A DNA stretch of 64,000 nt from an uncultured Verrucomicrobia subdivision 3 bacterium (lineage in GTDB: Bacteria; Verrucomicrobiota; Verrucomicrobiia; Limisphaerales; UBA11358). Below are positions 59,769 through 64,000 of the stretch, one piece after another; within the stretch, counting starts at the first letter, position 1, and each line of letters starts with the position of its first letter. The notes under the pieces are model-generated. The model was given only the letters and a program-made list of their open reading frames with translations. It was not told the DNA's origin and made no database searches. The stretch is from NCBI GenBank assembly GCA_903944085.1, contig CAJAQO010000321.1:8340-72339 (forward strand). Direction: 5' to 3'. A program made the position numbers and the translations under genes.

Positions 59769-60284
59769 TTGCCAAAGCTCAAAATCGCCTGGCGGAAAAC
59801 AAGCTTGGTCAAAACGCTTTTTATTTCGTGGCCATTTTCTAAACTCAACGCATGGCGAAAAAAGTTGCTGCGAAAGAACCTGTTGCCGCTCCACATCAAA
59901 AACCCTCTGCCCTCGTGGATAAAGCAACTATCTGAAAAACATGCGGAGCTTGTTGAAAAGAAGATTGAAGCCACGAAAAATCATGAGATTTTTCCAACTA
60001 GCTTTGTAGTCGCTTCGCTCCACAGTTCGTTCAAATCGATCCTGAAGCCGCTGACATTCCTAATGTCTTTAACAATCCTGGCATTCATGCTTTATGACAG
60101 TTTTTTTCCAGAAGCCAAATTATCCAGTTTTTGGGTTTGGGTATTATTACTGCCATCGTTTATCATTCCATCGGTTGCGTTTTATTTACATTCACTGACC
60201 GTCAAGCTTGCCGAAGCAGCCATTGCCCGTCTCGAAAAACAAATTCGAGAAGCCCAGCGGAAGCAAGGCGAGGAGTCGGTTTGA
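59769..60284 (+). CDS. two-TM membrane protein with flanking helices (SLATT-like architecture, unverified)
   Basis: Lies in an AT-rich segment. The TM helices are LTFLMSLTILAFMLY and FWVWVLLLPSFIIPSVAFYL, and the C-terminal helix is KLAEAAIARLEKQIREAQRK. The start is unclear (TTG). Confidence 0.5.
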   Translation: MPKLKIAWRKTSLVKTLFISWPFSKLNAWRKKLLRKNLLPLHIKNPLPSWIKQLSEKHAELVEKKIEATKNHEIFPTSFVVASLHSSFKSILKPLTFLMSLTILAFMLYDSFFPEAKLSSFWVWVLLLPSFIIPSVAFYLHSLTVKLAEAAIARLEKQIREAQRKQGEESV

Positions 60285-60318
60285 CGAAATGCCGGATGGT
60301 TTGTAATCTCACCGAATT

Positions 60319-60853
60319 ATGCCAGAGCAAATCCTATTGTTTCGGGTGTTCGTGGGTGCGCCATCGGATGTGGACGAAGCCCACGTTGTGATTCGCGGAC
60401 AAATTGAGCAATGGAATCGTGACCACGGGCCGCTGGCGGGAGCACGAGTGGAATTCACGCACTGGCGCACGCACAGTCATCCCGCCGCCGGTGGCCGTCC
60501 GCAAGCACTTCTCAACAAGCAGGTGGTGGATCAATGCGACATCATGGTGGGCATTTTCAACGCGCGGTTTGGTTCGCCCACGGGCGTCGCGGATTCAGGC
60601 ACTGAGGAGGAAATCCGGCGCAGCATCAAGCATGGCAAGAAGGTGATGGTGTATTTCAACAACCAGCCAATCCCGAAACAGCGCAAGGCGCGAAATGAAT
60701 TTGCGCGAATTGAAAAGTTCAAGCAGCAAGCTGGGGAAAAACGCCATTTATCATACCTACACCGATATGCCGACGTTTGAAGCCGCGTTTCGGCAGCACT
60801 TGGCGGGCGTGATGAACGAATTGTTGGCAAAAACCAAATCTGGATTAAAATAA
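60319..60853 (+). pseudogene. DUF4062/TIR-like (Rossmann-like) domain protein, frameshifted at a G4A5 run
   Basis: FRVFVGAPSDVDEA ... CDIMVGIFNARFGSPTGVADSGTEEEIRRSIKHGKKVMVYF fits the DUF4062-type layout. The annotated frame stops at 60780, but the adjacent frame continues as GKNAIYHTYTDMPTFEAAFRQHLAGVMNELLAKTKSGLK* to 60853, 4 nt before the next gene. Confidence 0.55.
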
Positions 60854-60857
60854 AGCC

Positions 60858-61304
60858 ATGAGTGTGAAAAACGCATTGAATGTTTCCGGTGGAAACCTGA
60901 CCGGCGCAAACGTCCACGTTGGCGACCAGGTAACGAATGTGCGTGTGAGCAAAAGCAGCAAGCGCCCCGCCTCATACCCGGAAGGCTGCATCGGCGCGAA
61001 TCTCGCCAAGCGCAATTATGTGAAATATCTGGTGGAGCGTTACAACCATTACCGCGAAGCGGACGCCCGTTTTGGACGCAGCACGCATTTTCATTATTCG
61101 GTGCTTTTCAAAAACATTGAATCCGCATTCAAAGCGCCGACTTATTTCATACCCGAACCCCGGTTTCCAGAGTTGGTTGATTATTTACACGACCGAATCA
61201 ACAACACGATTCTTGGCCGGGTGAACGGCAAGCGCGGCATTCCCAATTACGAGTCCTTCGACGAATATGTGATGGAACACATGGGCGCGGCGGTGGCGGG
61301 CTAA
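60858..61304 (+). CDS. hypothetical protein
   Basis: 148 aa, tightly spaced after the previous gene. I recognise no family. Confidence 0.5.
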   Translation: MSVKNALNVSGGNLTGANVHVGDQVTNVRVSKSSKRPASYPEGCIGANLAKRNYVKYLVERYNHYREADARFGRSTHFHYSVLFKNIESAFKAPTYFIPEPRFPELVDYLHDRINNTILGRVNGKRGIPNYESFDEYVMEHMGAAVAG

Positions 61305-61377
61305 TTAGCCTGAATGTTCTGCTTCAACCCGATCTTCTCCCCAAGGAGATGTATTTTAGCGAGCAACGGGAATTGAC

Positions 61378-61827
61378 ATGAATCTGTCCGAATTGCACCA
61401 GCGGCTCTCGAAAAAGCCTACCTATCGCAAGGCTTACGACGCCATCGGCGAAGTGGTGTTGATCGGCGCGGCGGTGCGGAAGTTGCGCGAAGATTCGGCA
61501 ATGACGCAGCAGGAACTGGCGGACAAACTCGAAATTTCGCAGTTCTATCTTTCCCGTCTCGCAACCGGCAGCGGCAGGGTTGCGCCTTATGTCGTTTCGG
61601 CGGTGGTCTGTCATTTTGAAGAAGAATTGCGCGGACTTGGAATCAATGTCGAGCCGTGGCTGGCCACAACGCCTAAAACCGCGCCGGCAGAAAAACCTTT
61701 GTCGCAACAACGGCCTATAGCGCTTGAAAACGTGTCGCGCACTCGTCGCCCGGCTGCTACCGAGGAATTGGCGGAAGGAGTTTTGCATGACAGGCCAGTG
61801 CCTTACAAAGTTGGGAAACCTCATTGA
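61378..61827 (+). CDS. XRE-family HTH transcriptional regulator
   Basis: VRKLREDSAMTQQELADKLEISQFYLSRLATG is a Cro/C1-type HTH. Confidence 0.7.
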   Translation: MNLSELHQRLSKKPTYRKAYDAIGEVVLIGAAVRKLREDSAMTQQELADKLEISQFYLSRLATGSGRVAPYVVSAVVCHFEEELRGLGINVEPWLATTPKTAPAEKPLSQQRPIALENVSRTRRPAATEELAEGVLHDRPVPYKVGKPH

Positions 61828-62002
61828 GGCTTTCTGCGTGCCGTGGTGACTTGGACTTGATTTGCATGACCACCCTCACCCCGGCCTTCTTCCCAAGGAG
61901 AAGGAGCCACGCGCGCCGCGTCTTTGGCCAAACCAGCGGCGGGATTGGTTGGATGGTTTTTGTGAAAAATCTGGTTAAATTGCTAATTTTGAATGGTTAA
62001 GA

Positions 62003-62374
62003 GGCGTTCGGGTGGGTTTGGGACGGTCTAAAAATTGCCGTCGAACGGTTCGACGGGTTCTAAAAAGCCTTTTTAGGAGGCGTCGAACGGTTCGGGTTCA
62101 CCTAAAAGCTCCTTGAAATAGAGGTCGGACGGCCCGACCGCTCCTAAAACGGCGTTCAAACTGGCGTCGAACCGTCCGGGCTGGGCTAAGACGCCGTTTC
62201 AGCAGGCAGCGAACGGTTCGACCTCATCCAAAAGCTCTTTGAAACTGCCGGCGAACGGTTCGACCGCGCTCAAAACGGCGTTCGAGCCGGCACCGAACAG
62301 CTCGACCGGATCTTAAAACCCTTTTTGAGAGGCGTCGCACGGCTCGGCGGACGTTTTAAGGTCTTTGCTGATGG
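62003..62374. repeat. degenerate ~42-nt tandem array (array 2), nine units
   Basis: The units start near 62003, 62040, 62080, 62124, 62164, 62209, 62251, 62293 and 62332. The consensus is GCGTCGAACGGTTCGAC-N5-CTAAAA-N-TTT... The core is the palindrome GTCGAACGGTTCGAC. Confidence 0.8.
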
Positions 62375-62465
62375 ACCCCGGCGGCGGGGCAAGGCGCGGA
62401 CGCCGCGCCGCCGGGAAATTGATTTTTCGTGCGCGGCGCGGCTTTTTGGGTAAAACTTTGCCCGC

Positions 62466-63095
62466 ATGTTTTCCATTTCGCAACTGTTCAGCAAAGGCGA
62501 CCGGTTTCAGGAACTGCTCGAAGCCGCCGCCGCCGAATCCCACGAAAGCGTCCGGCTCGTCATCGAGCTGATGAAGTCGCCGCGCAATTCCCAGAGCTTC
62601 GATGACCTCATTCTCGCGCGCCGCAAGGAAAAGAAAATCTCCGGGCAGATCAGCAACGAACTGGTGAAAACCTTCATCACCGGCCTGGACCGCGAGGACA
62701 TCGAGACGCTGGCACGGTCGCTGTTCCGCATCCCCAAGGCCGCCGAAAAACTGGCCGAGCGGCTGGTGATGGCCGGGGCGCATCTCGACGGCATGGATTT
62801 TTCCAAGCAGGCCGACATGATGAACAAGGCCACCGACGCCGTGCATGAAATGGTCAAGCAGTTGCGCCACCTGGAGGACATGGAAAAGCTGAAAACCTAT
62901 AACGACCGCCTCCAGCTCGTCGAAGTCGAGGCGGACAAATACATGAACGAACTGCTGCGCGATCTTTACGGCGGCAAATACGACGCCATCCGCGCCATCG
63001 TCGTGCGCGATGTTTATGAGCTGATGGAAAAGGTGGTGGACCGCTGCCACGACACCGGCAACGTGGTCATGCACATCGTGCTGAAAAACTCTTGA
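62466..63095 (+). CDS. DUF47-family (PhoU-like) phosphate-transport accessory protein
   Basis: 209 aa with a DUF47 helical pattern (…REDIE.LA..L..I.…VEVEADKYMNELLRDLY…VYELMEKVVDRCHD). It lies upstream of a PiT transporter, which is the common arrangement. Confidence 0.8.
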   Translation: MFSISQLFSKGDRFQELLEAAAAESHESVRLVIELMKSPRNSQSFDDLILARRKEKKISGQISNELVKTFITGLDREDIETLARSLFRIPKAAEKLAERLVMAGAHLDGMDFSKQADMMNKATDAVHEMVKQLRHLEDMEKLKTYNDRLQLVEVEADKYMNELLRDLYGGKYDAIRAIVVRDVYELMEKVVDRCHDTGNVVMHIVLKNS

Positions 63096-63098
63096 AAT

Positions 63099-63555
63099 GC
63101 GGAGTGCGGAATTCGGAGTGCGGAGTCACTTCGCCGAGCCACCTATGAACAACGAAAAATTGAAGGAGCGCACGAAGCGGTTTGCCTTGGAAATTGTCAA
63201 GCTGGTTGAGGCTTTGCCTCTGGGGAAAACGTGTGACGTTCTAGGGCGGCAACGGCTGCGTTCCGGCACTTCCGTCGGGGCCAATTACCGCGCCGCGTGC
63301 CGCGCCAAATCGCCCGCCGATTTTATTTTCAAAATGGGAATTGTGGAAGAAGAAGCCGATGAATCGAGCTTTTGGATTGAACTGCTGGTCGAGAGCGGAA
63401 AATTAAACCCCGACCAGGCCGCTGCCCTGCTCAAGGAGTGCAACGAACTTGTCGCCATCGTTGTCGCTTCCATCCGAACTGCAAAAAAGAACCGAGCGAC
63501 AGACTCGGCGACGTCGGCCGCTGCCACTCCGCATTCCGCACTCCGCACTCCGCAC
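63099..63555. other. IVS-like insertion: four-helix-bundle ORF bracketed by long inverted repeats of GCGGAGT units
   Basis: The left arm is GCGGAGTGCGGAATTCGGAGTGCGGAGT (63099-63126). The right arm is ACTCCGCATTCCGCACTCCGCACTCCGCAC (63526-63555). Runs of 12-13 bp can pair in more than one register. Confidence 0.7.
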
Positions 63556-63558
63556 TGA
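63145..63558 (+). CDS. four-helix-bundle protein (23S rRNA intervening-sequence protein family)
   Basis: ERTKRFALEIVKLVEALP...GRQRLRSGTSVGANYRAACRAKS.ADFI.KMGIVEEEADES.FW.ELL is the signature. The ATG at 63145 is preferred over 63097, which lies in the repeat arm. Confidence 0.8.
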   Translation: MNNEKLKERTKRFALEIVKLVEALPLGKTCDVLGRQRLRSGTSVGANYRAACRAKSPADFIFKMGIVEEEADESSFWIELLVESGKLNPDQAAALLKECNELVAIVVASIRTAKKNRATDSATSAAATPHSALRTPH

Positions 63559-63560
63559 AT

Positions 63561-64000
63561 ATGTTCCTGATCCTGCTCGTCATTTTCATCGCGCTGGTGT
63601 TCACCTACATCAACGGCTTTCACGACACGGCCAATTCCATCGCCACGGTCGTCTCAACGAAAGTGCTCACGCCGCGCCAGGCGGTTTTGCTGGCGGCGTT
63701 CACCAACCTCATCGGCGCCTTTTTCGGCACCGCTGTCGCCGCGACGATTGCCTCCGGCCTCGTGGACGCGCAGGTGGCGACCATGCCGGTGCTGTGTTGT
63801 GCGTTGCTGGCCGCCATCGTTTGGAGCCTGCTGACATGGTGGTTCGGACTGCCGTCCAGTTCGTCGCACGCGCTCGTCGGCGGGCTGTGCGGCGCGGTGC
63901 TGGCGGCTTCGGGCAAATGGTCGTCAATTATCTGGTCAATCCCTGATCAGGAACATTGGTGGAAGAGCAAAGGGATTCTTTGGAAAGTCATCGTGCCGAT
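63561..64000 (+). CDS. inorganic phosphate transporter, PiT family (5' part; runs off the window)
   Basis: My own translation is MFLILLVIFIALVFTYINGFHDTANSIATVVSTKVLTPRQA...SSSHALVGGL..., containing the PHO4 signature GFHDTANSIAT. It is absent from the ORF track because no stop falls in the window. Confidence 0.85.
   Translation, partial: MFLILLVIFIALVFTYINGFHDTANSIATVVSTKVLTPRQAVLLAAFTNLIGAFFGTAVAATIASGLVDAQVATMPVLCCALLAAIVWSLLTWWFGLPSSSSHALVGGLCGAVLAASGKWSSIIWSIPDQEHWWKSKGILWKVIVP

Noticed and set aside
61324-61824. A 166-aa minus-strand ORF overlapping the XRE gene.
   Set aside because: Its translation is Arg-rich and featureless, while the plus frame has a clear Cro/C1 HTH.
62003-62374. 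Possible CRISPR array.
   Set aside because: The units are contiguous and degenerate, without unique spacers. The unit length (~42 nt) is the whole period, and no cas genes are in the window.

Overview
This is a high-GC (roughly 60%) bacterial chromosomal segment. The gene content suggests a PVC/Verrucomicrobia-like organism, but that is inference only: lipoprotein-rich envelope clusters, an ECF sigma with a ...NSVQAAPAGL... tail, and secreted proteins ending in ...RFYR. In order, the window holds: a sulfatase-maturation pair (FGE tail plus anSME); a 13 kb block of outer-membrane barrels and lipoproteins (DUF4136/DUF3300/DUF2950/DUF481); a decayed mobile-element zone (IS630-like, IS110 and rve fragments, an FN3 gene with an in-frame TGA, a 5'-truncated S8 peptidase); metH; housekeeping genes (bifunctional nuclease, holA, STAS, ftsH, dus, gpx, GT2, cvpA-like, pyrK-like); an RND efflux operon with a divergent LysR; a FecR-TPR-beta-barrel giant next to a CHASE2 Ser/Thr kinase; ilvB preceded by a Val-rich leader peptide and terminator; a decayed ECF-sigma/HEAT locus; a Pho-box porin-pstSCAB-phoU operon; a low-GC four-gene cassette; and a DUF47-Pit operon split by an IVS-like four-helix-bundle element. 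The most unusual signals are non-genic. There are two related ~42-nt tandem arrays, each 5' of a paralogous FN3-tailed gene, and one of these loci is split by the low-GC cassette. There is also a family of short-unit (6-8 nt) tandem-repeat hairpins at operon junctions and in-frame inside metH and pyrK. No rRNA, tRNA or CRISPR was found. All family calls come from reading motifs by eye; no database search was run.
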